64,000 bases of DNA from Candidatus Caldarchaeales archaeon (GTDB lineage: Archaea > Thermoproteota > Nitrososphaeria_A > Caldarchaeales > Calditenuaceae). Below are positions 51,110 to 59,773 of the stretch, one piece after another (the first letter of the stretch is position 1; the number at the start of each line of letters is the position of its first letter). The stretch is from contig JBCNVM010000002.1 in assembly GCA_039630085.1 (NCBI GenBank), positions 10,105 through 74,104 on the forward strand. The letters are read 5' to 3'. The notes beneath the pieces are model-generated. The model had not been told where the DNA came from. It made no database searches and saw only the letters and a program-made list of their open reading frames with translations. A program made the position numbers and the translations under genes.

Positions 51110-52504
51110 TCAGCATATGTTAGAATATAATACGTTGTTCGGGTCGACAGCATCCTTTATTTTAGATAGAAGGATTGAAGCAGGGCCGGGATCCCTTTCA
51201 ACCCATTTCCTCCTCAGCTGTCCGACGCCGTGGTGATGGCTTATCGTCCCGCCGAACTCCAGCGCCACATCGAACGCCGTTTTCACTATCTTCCAATACA
51301 AGGCCGGGTCCCTCTCATACACGATGGTGTAGTACAGGGCGCCTCCGTTCACGTAAAAGTGCGAAGCGTGGGCCAATACTCCGGCTACTCCCGTGAGCTC
51401 TTTCATCCTGCTCCGCATTGACTCGTGGAGCCTCGGGATCTTGGACCATGTTGCCGCGACGTCTACGGTCTCAAACCAAAGACCCATCGAGTCCAGCAGC
51501 TTCATTTCATTCAAGTAGTTGAACCTGGACTTGAGCCACGAGTCGTAAGGTCCCTCGCCCATGTAAGAGCCGCCTAATTCCTCCACCCTATTCCTAGCCT
51601 TCTCCCATGTGGTCGTCACGAGCTCTTGCTCGTAACCCTCGTAACTCAGCAACAGCACCGGCTCGTTCGAACCGAACCTCACGACCGATTCGGACTCGTC
51701 CGATAATCGGGCCACTGAAGGTCTCATCCCGTTGACTATCAGCTCCCTCACGATTCTCAAGCCTGCGCTGAAGCTCCGCGTCCCGAAGGCGGCCCTGACC
51801 GAGTACTTCGGTAAAGGGAGCACCCTCAGAGTAGCTTTGGTGATCACGCCGAAGGCCCCCTCCGAACCGACGAAGAGGTGAACCAGGTTGGGGCCCATGG
51901 ACGAACGGGGCGTCAGCACGTTCCTTGTCTTCAGGATCTCTCCGGTGGGCGTCACGACCTCGAGGTTCAGGACCAAGTCCTCGACGTTGCCGTAACCGGT
52001 GCTGTACTGACCCGAGCTCATAGACGCTATGCAGCCCCCTACGGTGGCTAGATGGAACGACTGGGGAACGTGCCTCAGGGTGTATCCCCTGACGTTGAGC
52101 CACTCCTCGAGGTCGCAGAGCAGCGCTCCCGCCTCCACGGTGACCGTCAGGTCCTCCTCGCTGAAGTCGACCACTCTCTTCATTTTGCCCAAGCTCAACA
52201 CCACGCAGTCGTCCGGGGGAGCGGAGGCTCCGGTAACGCTGGAACCGCCTCCGTGCACCACGACCCGGACCCGGTGCTCGTTCGCCTTCCTGAGCACGTA
52301 CGAGACCTCCTCGGCGCTCTCGACGGAAATCACGGCCTTGGGTCTCAAGTTCCAAGATCCCAGCCTCTCCAGAAGCATCGCCAGAGGCCACCAGTCCCTC
52401 GAGTACCTGCTGATCTCCTCCTCGTCCGTCCTGACGTCGTCGCCCAAGGACGCGCACACATCTCTGAGGAATTCCTCTAGGCCCATCTCACGGCCCTCCT
52501 CCAC
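51110..52504 (-). CDS. FAD-linked oxidase (PCMH fold), alkyl-DHAP-synthase / GlcD-like
   Basis: FAD_binding_4 region PKAVISVESAEEVSYVLRKANEHRVRVVVHGGGSSVTG and C-terminal GGTISHHHGVG. Visibly lower G+C than core genes. Confidence 0.8.
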   Translation of the reverse strand: MEEGREMGLEEFLRDVCASLGDDVRTDEEEISRYSRDWWPLAMLLERLGSWNLRPKAVISVESAEEVSYVLRKANEHRVRVVVHGGGSSVTGASAPPDDCVVLSLGKMKRVVDFSEEDLTVTVEAGALLCDLEEWLNVRGYTLRHVPQSFHLATVGGCIASMSSGQYSTGYGNVEDLVLNLEVVTPTGEILKTRNVLTPRSSMGPNLVHLFVGSEGAFGVITKATLRVLPLPKYSVRAAFGTRSFSAGLRIVRELIVNGMRPSVARLSDESESVVRFGSNEPVLLLSYEGYEQELVTTTWEKARNRVEELGGSYMGEGPYDSWLKSRFNYLNEMKLLDSMGLWFETVDVAATWSKIPRLHESMRSRMKELTGVAGVLAHASHFYVNGGALYYTIVYERDPALYWKIVKTAFDVALEFGGTISHHHGVGQLRRKWVERDPGPASILLSKIKDAVDPNNVLYSNIC

Positions 52505-53868
52505 GCGTTCGCATCGACCATTACCTCGAGCTCTCCGGGCTCGGCGATCAGGTCCACGTCAGCCCTTTCCTCCAAGTCCCGCATGGATAGCGTGCCGTCG
52601 TACAGCGCCAACAACATTGCCACGCCTCTGCCTGAGGCGTCCGCTCCCCTGACCCTCTCGACCCTGCGACCGCACGCCGTCGACAGGAGCTTGAGGTAAC
52701 AGGCGCTGTTGCTGAGCCCGCCGTCGGCCCTTATCACGCTGCGTCTCCCGGCCACCCTTTCGACGGCCTCGACGATGCTGTGGGCTGACAACACCAGGCT
52801 CTCCAGGACCCCTCTGACCATGTCGCTCCTGCTGTGCGCCAGCGATAGTCCGTAGAGAAGACCTGTGCCTCCCTTCCTCCGGGGGAACCTGGTCTCGATC
52901 AGCGAGGGGACGAACACCGTCGCGTGCTCAGCCTCCGTGACGGCCCTGTCGAGTCCTCTTACATCGTCCAGAAGGCCGACCCTACAGAGCCATTCCACCG
53001 TCGATCCACCGGCGGAGGTGTATCCCTCGATGGCATACGCCCTTCGACCGCCGATGTTGTAGACCACCAACGGTATGAGCTCGCCGCCCGGAATCGTGAA
53101 GTCGGCTACCGTCGCGTCCACGAACGTCCCCGTGCCGCTGGTGATCTTCAAGCAGTCTCCCCTGAGGCACGAGGAGCCTATGATCGCGGACTGCTGGTCG
53201 GCTATCAGGGCCGCGACGTCGACGCCCTCGATCGACCCGATGTGGCCGCAGTTGTCCACGATCTCGGGGCCCACGGACTCGGGTATGCCCAGCAGGGTGT
53301 AGACGACCTCAAGCCTCTTCGTCGTCTTGGGGTGGATGAGGCCGGTCAGCGCCTCGTTGGACAGATCGTTCAGGTACCTCTTGGAGGCGACGTAGGCTAC
53401 GTAGGAGCTCAAGGTGCCGACGAACGCCTCTCCCCTAGAGACCTCCTCCCTGAGCGCGGGGTCGCTCTCCAGGAGCCACTTGATTCTGACCGCGGGGCTG
53501 TCCGGCCTGATCACCTTCCTCAGCACGGGGACGAGCCTGAGCGCCCTGTAGAGCGGCCTGGACGTCACCGCCCTGCCCCTGACGTCGAGCCACGTGATCA
53601 CGTCGGTCAGTGGCTGACCTCCCTTGTCCCACGCCAGCACCGAGCCCCTGTAGGTGGTTATGCCGGCCAGCTTGACTCCGTAGCCCCTCAGCCTCTTCAC
53701 GAATCCCAGCAGGGCTTCCCTTATCGCAGTCGCGCTCTGCTCGACGTGACCCTCCGCGGTCCTCCGGAGGGGCACGCTCACCCTCTCCCTGTGGACGCAG
53801 TTCAGCTGCTCGTCGTAGACGCAGAGCTTGATGCTGCTGCTCCCTATGTCGACGACGCCGTACTTCAT
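52477..53868 (-). CDS. FGGY-family carbohydrate kinase, glycerol-kinase-like
   Basis: MKYGVVDIGSSSIKLCVYD ATPase start; GITTYRGSVLAWDK..PLTDVITWLDVRG parallels the GlpK GITNQRETxVxWDK...IVWQDxR. Confidence 0.75.
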   Translation of the reverse strand: MKYGVVDIGSSSIKLCVYDEQLNCVHRERVSVPLRRTAEGHVEQSATAIREALLGFVKRLRGYGVKLAGITTYRGSVLAWDKGGQPLTDVITWLDVRGRAVTSRPLYRALRLVPVLRKVIRPDSPAVRIKWLLESDPALREEVSRGEAFVGTLSSYVAYVASKRYLNDLSNEALTGLIHPKTTKRLEVVYTLLGIPESVGPEIVDNCGHIGSIEGVDVAALIADQQSAIIGSSCLRGDCLKITSGTGTFVDATVADFTIPGGELIPLVVYNIGGRRAYAIEGYTSAGGSTVEWLCRVGLLDDVRGLDRAVTEAEHATVFVPSLIETRFPRRKGGTGLLYGLSLAHSRSDMVRGVLESLVLSAHSIVEAVERVAGRRSVIRADGGLSNSACYLKLLSTACGRRVERVRGADASGRGVAMLLALYDGTLSMRDLEERADVDLIAEPGELEVMVDANAWRRAVRWA

Positions 53869-54815
53869 CCCGCGACGACCTCCACGAGCTCGGCATCGCC
53901 CGGAACTCCGATCACCGCGTAACCCTCCTTCAGCTCGTACCTTCTGCCCTCGATCGTCGCCGTGGCTCCCCTACGACCCATCACGAGGAGTCTCCTCAGG
54001 CATCCGCACAAGGTCTCCGGGAAGACCTTCAGGTTCCCTCTCACGCTCACCTTCACGGTCCTCCCGCACCCGCAGGATAACCTGTCCGCTAGCAGCTCGG
54101 AGGCCTCCATCAGGACCTTCGGGTCGTAGACGTCGATGGCGGCGTGTCCCACCGCGGGGAACTCGGGGAAGGGGTTCCAAGGTTCGAACATCGCTATCAC
54201 GAGCGCGTCAACCCCGAGGGCCTCGCCGTTTACGTACACGGACGACAGCCTGCCTCGTCCCCTTATCCGCTCGACCCTGCCCCTCAGAACCGTGACCTCG
54301 TCGGGGACTCTCAACTCGGGGTCGTCCTTCGACGGGCCGGAGGGGTCTACTACGACGACTCCTATGACGTGCTCTAAGAGCTTGGATGCGAGCAGTACGC
54401 TGTACCTGTTCAGACCGTACAGGGCTACGTGCCTGCCCGGCACGAGCCCCTCCGTCAGGAGGTCCAGGACCGCGTGATAGGGGTACACACCAGAGGGCCT
54501 GTCTCCGAAGATCCCCAGCTCAGCGGGCGTCAGGACCCTGAAACCGGTGGCCACCACGCAGCCCCTCAAGCCCTCGACTCCATCACTCGAGACGGCCACT
54601 AATTCGCCTCTGACCCTAACGGCCGTCCTCTCGGTCTCGACCCTCACCTCCCGAGAGACCTCGTCCACTATGCTCATGGCCTCTGGGTCCGTCGCGGAGA
54701 TGCCGCCCAGCCTGCGCCTTGTCTCGATGACCCTCGCGTCGATCCCCCTCTCGAGCAGCTCCTTGGCGAGCGAGAGCCCAGCTAGTCCCGCCCCTATGAC
54801 CGTTCTACCAGCCAA
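53865..54815 (-). CDS. FAD/NAD(P)-binding oxidoreductase, probable partner subunit of the G3P dehydrogenase
   Basis: VIGAGLAGLSLA...ETRRRLGG dinucleotide fold; C-terminal Cys cluster SCGCG...LCGC; 4-nt and 22-nt overlaps with neighbours. Confidence 0.55.
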   Translation of the reverse strand: MAGRTVIGAGLAGLSLAKELLERGIDARVIETRRRLGGISATDPEAMSIVDEVSREVRVETERTAVRVRGELVAVSSDGVEGLRGCVVATGFRVLTPAELGIFGDRPSGVYPYHAVLDLLTEGLVPGRHVALYGLNRYSVLLASKLLEHVIGVVVVDPSGPSKDDPELRVPDEVTVLRGRVERIRGRGRLSSVYVNGEALGVDALVIAMFEPWNPFPEFPAVGHAAIDVYDPKVLMEASELLADRLSCGCGRTVKVSVRGNLKVFPETLCGCLRRLLVMGRRGATATIEGRRYELKEGYAVIGVPGDAELVEVVAG

Positions 54816-56224
54816 GAGCCCTCACTTCCCTTGACGAGGGCCTCTGGGTTGAGACCGGTCAACCTCAGCACCTCGATTATCGCCCTGCCTAAGCAGTGCT
54901 GACCCTGGCAGGACCCCATGCCCAGCCCCGTCCTGAACATCACACCATCGAGCGTCCTGGATCCCGCCCTGACCGCTTCCTCGATGTCAGCCAGGCTGAC
55001 GGACATGCACGGACAGACGACGATGCCCCTCGGGCCCTTGACCGCGGTCGGGTCGACCTGAAGCAGCTCCCGGGTCTTACGCGGGAACTCGGGATCCCGG
55101 AGGCCGGTCTTCAGCTCGAGATCCAAGCCAGCTCTCTTGAGCATGTTCAGCACGATCACGGCGATGGCAGGTGCGGCCGTGAACCCCGGCGACTCGACGC
55201 CCACTAGGTTCACGATCCTGAAGGTCTTAGGGGAGTAGGCGATGACGAAGTCGCCGCGGACGTGCGAGGGCCTTACGCCGGCGTACGCCTTGAGGAGCCT
55301 GCCCCTACTCCTGACGATCCCGCCGAATCTGGCAGTGAGCACCTCGACGTCCTCCGGGTAAACTCCCTTGTCGTCCCTCGAGCCCCCTCTGGCGAGGTTC
55401 GGCCCCCAGATGGTCCTGCCCCAGACCGTCGGTATTATCCCGCCGCCCTTGGTCTCCCCTCCGCGAACCAATTGGAGGGGCGCGACGACGCTCCTGACCT
55501 GAAGCCCTTCGAAGACCAGCATCGCTCCCCTTTTCGTGACCAGTGACTCCTCGGCTCCGCTGAGGTTCGCTATCCTGTCGGACTCCAGACCCGCCGCATT
55601 GACGAGGAACTTCGACTTCACGGGACCCCGGTTGGTCCGTAGGACGACGCAGTCCGGCTCGATTTCTATTCCTACGACTTCTGTGTTGAAGAGGAACTTC
55701 ACGCCGCGACTCCTGGAGACATCGTGCAGCTTGTACACCAGATCGAAGGAATCGATGACGCCGTAGCCCGAGATCCTGATGGCGGCGTAACCTATCACGT
55801 TGGGCTCCAGGGCCCTCAACTCGGCGCCGTTCACCACCGACACATCGAAACCTTTGGCTCCGTAGTAGAGCCTCAGGACCGCGTAGATGAGCGGCATGAT
55901 GAGGAGCTGCCCGAACGAGCGCGCCACTAGGAGCGCCGGAAGTCGCCAAAGTTTGACCTTCAGCTCTGCAGCTACCGCGTCGTACATCCTGTTGCCCTGC
56001 AGGCACAGCGCGCTCTTAGTGGACTTGAGGGGCAGCTGGACGACGTGCAGAACGCCCGCGTGTCCCTTCGAAACCCCGAACCCGGGCTCGGCCTCTTTCT
56101 CCACCATTACTACGTCGACGTCGTATTTTGACAAATGATAGGCTATGAAAAGCCCCACGACGCCGGCTCCGATTATCGCTACGTCGTGGGCCCGATCACC
56201 CTTCATGAACTCCACACCCTCCAC
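54794..56224 (-). CDS. glpA: FAD-dependent glycerol-3-phosphate dehydrogenase (GlpA/GlpD-like) with BFD-like [2Fe-2S] domain
   Basis: DVAIIGAGVVGLFIA DAO-type FAD fold; C-terminal VVCPCMSVSLADIEEAV...GMGSCQGQHC. Confidence 0.75.
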   Translation of the reverse strand: MEGVEFMKGDRAHDVAIIGAGVVGLFIAYHLSKYDVDVVMVEKEAEPGFGVSKGHAGVLHVVQLPLKSTKSALCLQGNRMYDAVAAELKVKLWRLPALLVARSFGQLLIMPLIYAVLRLYYGAKGFDVSVVNGAELRALEPNVIGYAAIRISGYGVIDSFDLVYKLHDVSRSRGVKFLFNTEVVGIEIEPDCVVLRTNRGPVKSKFLVNAAGLESDRIANLSGAEESLVTKRGAMLVFEGLQVRSVVAPLQLVRGGETKGGGIIPTVWGRTIWGPNLARGGSRDDKGVYPEDVEVLTARFGGIVRSRGRLLKAYAGVRPSHVRGDFVIAYSPKTFRIVNLVGVESPGFTAAPAIAVIVLNMLKRAGLDLELKTGLRDPEFPRKTRELLQVDPTAVKGPRGIVVCPCMSVSLADIEEAVRAGSRTLDGVMFRTGLGMGSCQGQHCLGRAIIEVLRLTGLNPEALVKGSEGSWLVERS

Positions 56225-57938
56225 GGAGCCGATAGTTCAGCCACCTCGAAGCGAAGAGCGCTACACCAGCGACCGCCATCAGAGGTGTTCCGAAGAACCC
56301 CGCGAAGGCGGATCTCATCAGCGCGTTGAAGAAGAACAGCGCGTCGTTCATGTCCGGAAACGGGAACCTGAAGCTGACGCCGTAATCGACGTAGAACGGC
56401 AACGCGTAAGCCAGGCTGACGAGTATCACGGACAGCGCCGTGAAGACGACGGTCACTAGAACCCTCAGCAGGCCCTTCCTAGAGGGCGCGAACCCGACCG
56501 TCCCGATGAGGGGGCCCGCGACCAGAGCTCCGACGATTACGCTCGCCTGGATCCTGCCCATCAGCCATTCGAACGATACTACCTCCGAGAGACTGAAGGG
56601 GCCGTCGTTCAACGCGTAGGATGTCCAGAACGAAATCTCGTACGCCAGCAGTCCCGCGATCAGCGGAATCAAGTGCCTCCGCAAACCTCTGACTAAGGTG
56701 ACTCTGAACGCGAGTCCTGCCGCCCCGACTGCGAAGGAAGTCGCCGCGGCGGCCAGGGCTAACCTCAGGGTCCCGCCCTCCCTCCTCAGCTCCTTCGTCA
56801 CCAGGTCGTATCGGCTCAAAGGGTCCGACGTTGGATCAGTCCTGAGGCCGGCCGCCTCGCTCAACGCTCCGACAACCCTCTGCCCCTGTTCGACCGATGC
56901 TCTCCGGTAACGCTCGACGGAATCACTGGGGAGGGCGAGGCCTCCGTCCAGCACGGTGCCCATGGAGTTCGCGGGGATCCTCCACCCCATTATCATCGAT
57001 ACCGTGGGAGCGATGTCGTTGTGCGTGAACGCCGCTTCGTAGACTCCGGGCTTCACGACAGGTCCCAGCAACAGCAAGAAGACCCTCCTCACCTCGCGCT
57101 CGGGTCCTCCGTGATACGCTCCTCTCTTGAACCCGTGATCGTTTAAGATGACTATCAACGTGTCGTCGCTCAGGCCGTCCTTTCTCAAGGACTCCAAGAA
57201 GTTCAAGGTCAACTGGATCGCGTTCACTGCGGTCGCGTTGTACTCCTCTCCGGGAAAACCTGCGTTGTGTCCCATTATGTCTACGTCGTTTACCCCGATC
57301 CACAGGAAGGCCCTGTAACCCATATTGACGTGCTTCTTGAATAGCTCGTAGCCTTCGCTCATGGAGAGGGCGCCGTGCCCTCCGCCCTCAGCGACACTGA
57401 CGCACTCGTCGATGAGGGGCGAAAACAGGGTCCTGAAGGATTCGTCGCCGCTACAGAGGATCTTGTATCCCGAGTCCTTGGCGACCTTGACTAGGCTGTC
57501 GACCTCAAGGGGCCTCTTGAAGTCGTTCGAGGACGCTTCGTTCACCTCCGGAGGTGCTCCCGTGAGCACGGAAGCCCTTGCGGGCAGGGAGTAAGTGGGC
57601 AAGTTCGACAGGCCGTTCGGGTAGAACGCGCCGAGGGACAGAAGAGCGGCTACGTGTTCGTGCTCGCGACTCAGGTCGTTCAGGACCCTGACGTCTAAGC
57701 CGTCGAGAAGTATGAAGACGACGTGCTTCACCGCGGCCCTACCCGAAACCTTTACGCGATCGACCTCGATCAGGACGTCTAGGTATGGATTCTCGTAATT
57801 GATCCAGCCTCTGTAGGCGCTGAGGGCCGTGGAGGCCGCAGCATACGAGAGAGCCAGAACGAGGACGAGGGCGATCGCGACAGACGCGTAGAATAGCTTC
57901 AAGGGGCACCCACAAAAATAAAATGGGCTGAACGCCAT
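56196..57938 (-). CDS. alkaline-phosphatase-superfamily (type I phosphodiesterase / phosphotransferase) membrane protein with PigN/EptA-like architecture
   Basis: N-terminal TM helix; catalytic core with VVFILLDGLD, nucleophile loop PTYSLPARASVLTG, DVDIMGHNAG and ILNDHGF; then about 8 C-terminal TM helices. Confidence 0.6.
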   Translation of the reverse strand: MAFSPFYFCGCPLKLFYASVAIALVLVLALSYAAASTALSAYRGWINYENPYLDVLIEVDRVKVSGRAAVKHVVFILLDGLDVRVLNDLSREHEHVAALLSLGAFYPNGLSNLPTYSLPARASVLTGAPPEVNEASSNDFKRPLEVDSLVKVAKDSGYKILCSGDESFRTLFSPLIDECVSVAEGGGHGALSMSEGYELFKKHVNMGYRAFLWIGVNDVDIMGHNAGFPGEEYNATAVNAIQLTLNFLESLRKDGLSDDTLIVILNDHGFKRGAYHGGPEREVRRVFLLLLGPVVKPGVYEAAFTHNDIAPTVSMIMGWRIPANSMGTVLDGGLALPSDSVERYRRASVEQGQRVVGALSEAAGLRTDPTSDPLSRYDLVTKELRREGGTLRLALAAAATSFAVGAAGLAFRVTLVRGLRRHLIPLIAGLLAYEISFWTSYALNDGPFSLSEVVSFEWLMGRIQASVIVGALVAGPLIGTVGFAPSRKGLLRVLVTVVFTALSVILVSLAYALPFYVDYGVSFRFPFPDMNDALFFFNALMRSAFAGFFGTPLMAVAGVALFASRWLNYRLRGGCGVHEG

Positions 57939-58120
57939 TTAAGGGTTGAAGCCCCCTTTAACGAGAGTCGGAGCCGACCGAGCAGGCTTGTCGAGGAACG
58001 TCATTCGGTCGCAGTTAATCTTATCTCACGTCGTTCTCCGAAGCCACTGGCTCGCTGATCGAACGCGCGGGCAGTCCGCACGCCCCGTAGCGGCAACGGG
58101 TCGCATGTTCACGGTGGCGA

Positions 58121-59773
58121 TCACGGCCACAGTATGAAGCGTCGCAGCAGGTAAGTCATGACGCCGGCCACCAACGCGGCGATCAGGTTGCCGGTCATCT
58201 GGAACTGACCGTACGCTACTCCCAAGAGCAGGTACCACGCGATCAGGGGCCCGAGGAGGATCCTCTCGCCGAACTCGATCAGGAGCATTAGGAACGTGCT
58301 GAGGCCCGAGACCAACAGGAGAGCCTTGACGGGCCACTGCCTCGCGAACGGTATCCACGGCCAGAGCGTGACGATCGGTGCGAGGAGGACCACGGTCCCG
58401 AACCTGTTGTGGAGGAGCGAGGCGACTGCTGCGACTGAGAGCGCGACCATCGGGGGGAACGGGTGCGCGCGTCCCCTAGGACGGAAGAGGACCGCGGCCG
58501 CGACTGGAGGAGCGACGAAAAGGGCGAAGAGCAGCGGGTCAGGCGAGTAGAGGTAGGGATGCCGCGGCGGGGGAGGGTAGGTGTCGTACCTCGATATGAG
58601 GCCGAGGGCAGGCGAGGCCGAGACGAGCGAGAAGGAGGCGGCGAAGGAGGTCGCGTAGACGCTGAGCTCGAGGAACGCGCCCTTGACCTCCCTCCTCTCC
58701 CGGAGCGACGCCGCGTGGACGACGACCGGTATCGCGAGGACCGCGGGAGCGATGTAAGTCACCAGACCCGGCGCGTACTGTCCGTCCAGAGCGAGGTAAT
58801 CGTCGTCGTAGGGAGATATACGACCGGCTTCGTCGAGGCTCTTGAGCAGCGCGTAGACGAAGCGGCCGTAAGCCTCGAAGGAATTGACCCTCATGTTCTC
58901 CATCGTGTCCCTTGGCGTGTGGTAGACCTCCCTCGCGAGCTCAGGAGCGTCTCCCCTGCTCGAGACCTCGATCGCAGGTATCCCCCTCGCTATGATTGGT
59001 CCTTGATCCGTGAAGGAGATGTCGACCGCCCTGTAGATGTATTCCCAGAGGCCGCTCGGATCCTCGACGCGGACGCCCAAGCGGTCGCCCACGTCCCTGC
59101 AGAGCCTCCTGAGCCAGAGCGGGGCGTACCCGGAGAACTGGCCCATCGACTCGAGGTAGATCGAAGTCAGGTTGCCCACGGTGAGGTCCTCGGCTACCAC
59201 CACCGCCCTGATCGGCGGGCCCTCGTACCGCTCGACGAAGTGCCTCGCTCCCTGCATCCCCCACTCCTCCGAGTCGACGAAGGCGAAGACGATCTCGCGC
59301 CTGTTGGGGACTTCCCTCATCGACCGCGCCAGCTCGAGAAGGACTCCGACGTGTCCGGCCGTGTCGCTCGCGGCCTGATGACTCGTGGGGGCCATGTCGT
59401 AGTTCGCGAGGACGACGACCGCCTCGGGAACGCTGCCCCTGAGCGACGCATAGACGTTCCTCCCCTTCCTGGGTTGCCCGATGACCACCTCGAACTCCTG
59501 GACCTTGACCTCGTAGCCCATCTCGCGCAGTCGGTCGCCGATCCAGTTGGACGCCTGAAGGGCGCCCTCGCTGCCGGTGGGCCTGTACGGGAAGCGGGTC
59601 GCGAGCTCGGCGGCGTACTCGTAGGCCCTAGTCGCGTTGAACCCGATCTCCGGGACGACGGCCTCGACCTCCGGCACGACCGGTTCCGAGACGAGGTGCA
59701 GCAGCAGGAAGGCCGCGACGCAGGACGCGTACACGGCCGCTAGGGCCTTACTGCCCCTCAACGCCGACGCCAA
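58121..59773 (-). CDS. membrane-embedded M28-family metallopeptidase (ERMP1/FXNA-like architecture)
   Basis: AASDTAGHVGVLLELARS, FAFVDSEEWGMQGARHF and YHTPRDT M28 motifs after one N-terminal helix, followed by about 8 C-terminal helices. Confidence 0.7.
   Translation of the reverse strand: MASALRGSKALAAVYASCVAAFLLLHLVSEPVVPEVEAVVPEIGFNATRAYEYAAELATRFPYRPTGSEGALQASNWIGDRLREMGYEVKVQEFEVVIGQPRKGRNVYASLRGSVPEAVVVLANYDMAPTSHQAASDTAGHVGVLLELARSMREVPNRREIVFAFVDSEEWGMQGARHFVERYEGPPIRAVVVAEDLTVGNLTSIYLESMGQFSGYAPLWLRRLCRDVGDRLGVRVEDPSGLWEYIYRAVDISFTDQGPIIARGIPAIEVSSRGDAPELAREVYHTPRDTMENMRVNSFEAYGRFVYALLKSLDEAGRISPYDDDYLALDGQYAPGLVTYIAPAVLAIPVVVHAASLRERREVKGAFLELSVYATSFAASFSLVSASPALGLISRYDTYPPPPRHPYLYSPDPLLFALFVAPPVAAAVLFRPRGRAHPFPPMVALSVAAVASLLHNRFGTVVLLAPIVTLWPWIPFARQWPVKALLLVSGLSTFLMLLIEFGERILLGPLIAWYLLLGVAYGQFQMTGNLIAALVAGVMTYLLRRFILWP

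Noticed and set aside
57967-57978. The palindrome GTCGG-AG-CCGAC upstream of the 56196..57938 gene, and a CCCGT-N7-ACGGG hairpin near 58085-58101.
   Set aside because: These are five-bp arms only, well within chance expectation for GC-rich DNA. They are mentioned only as possible follow-up if the operon boundary is mapped.
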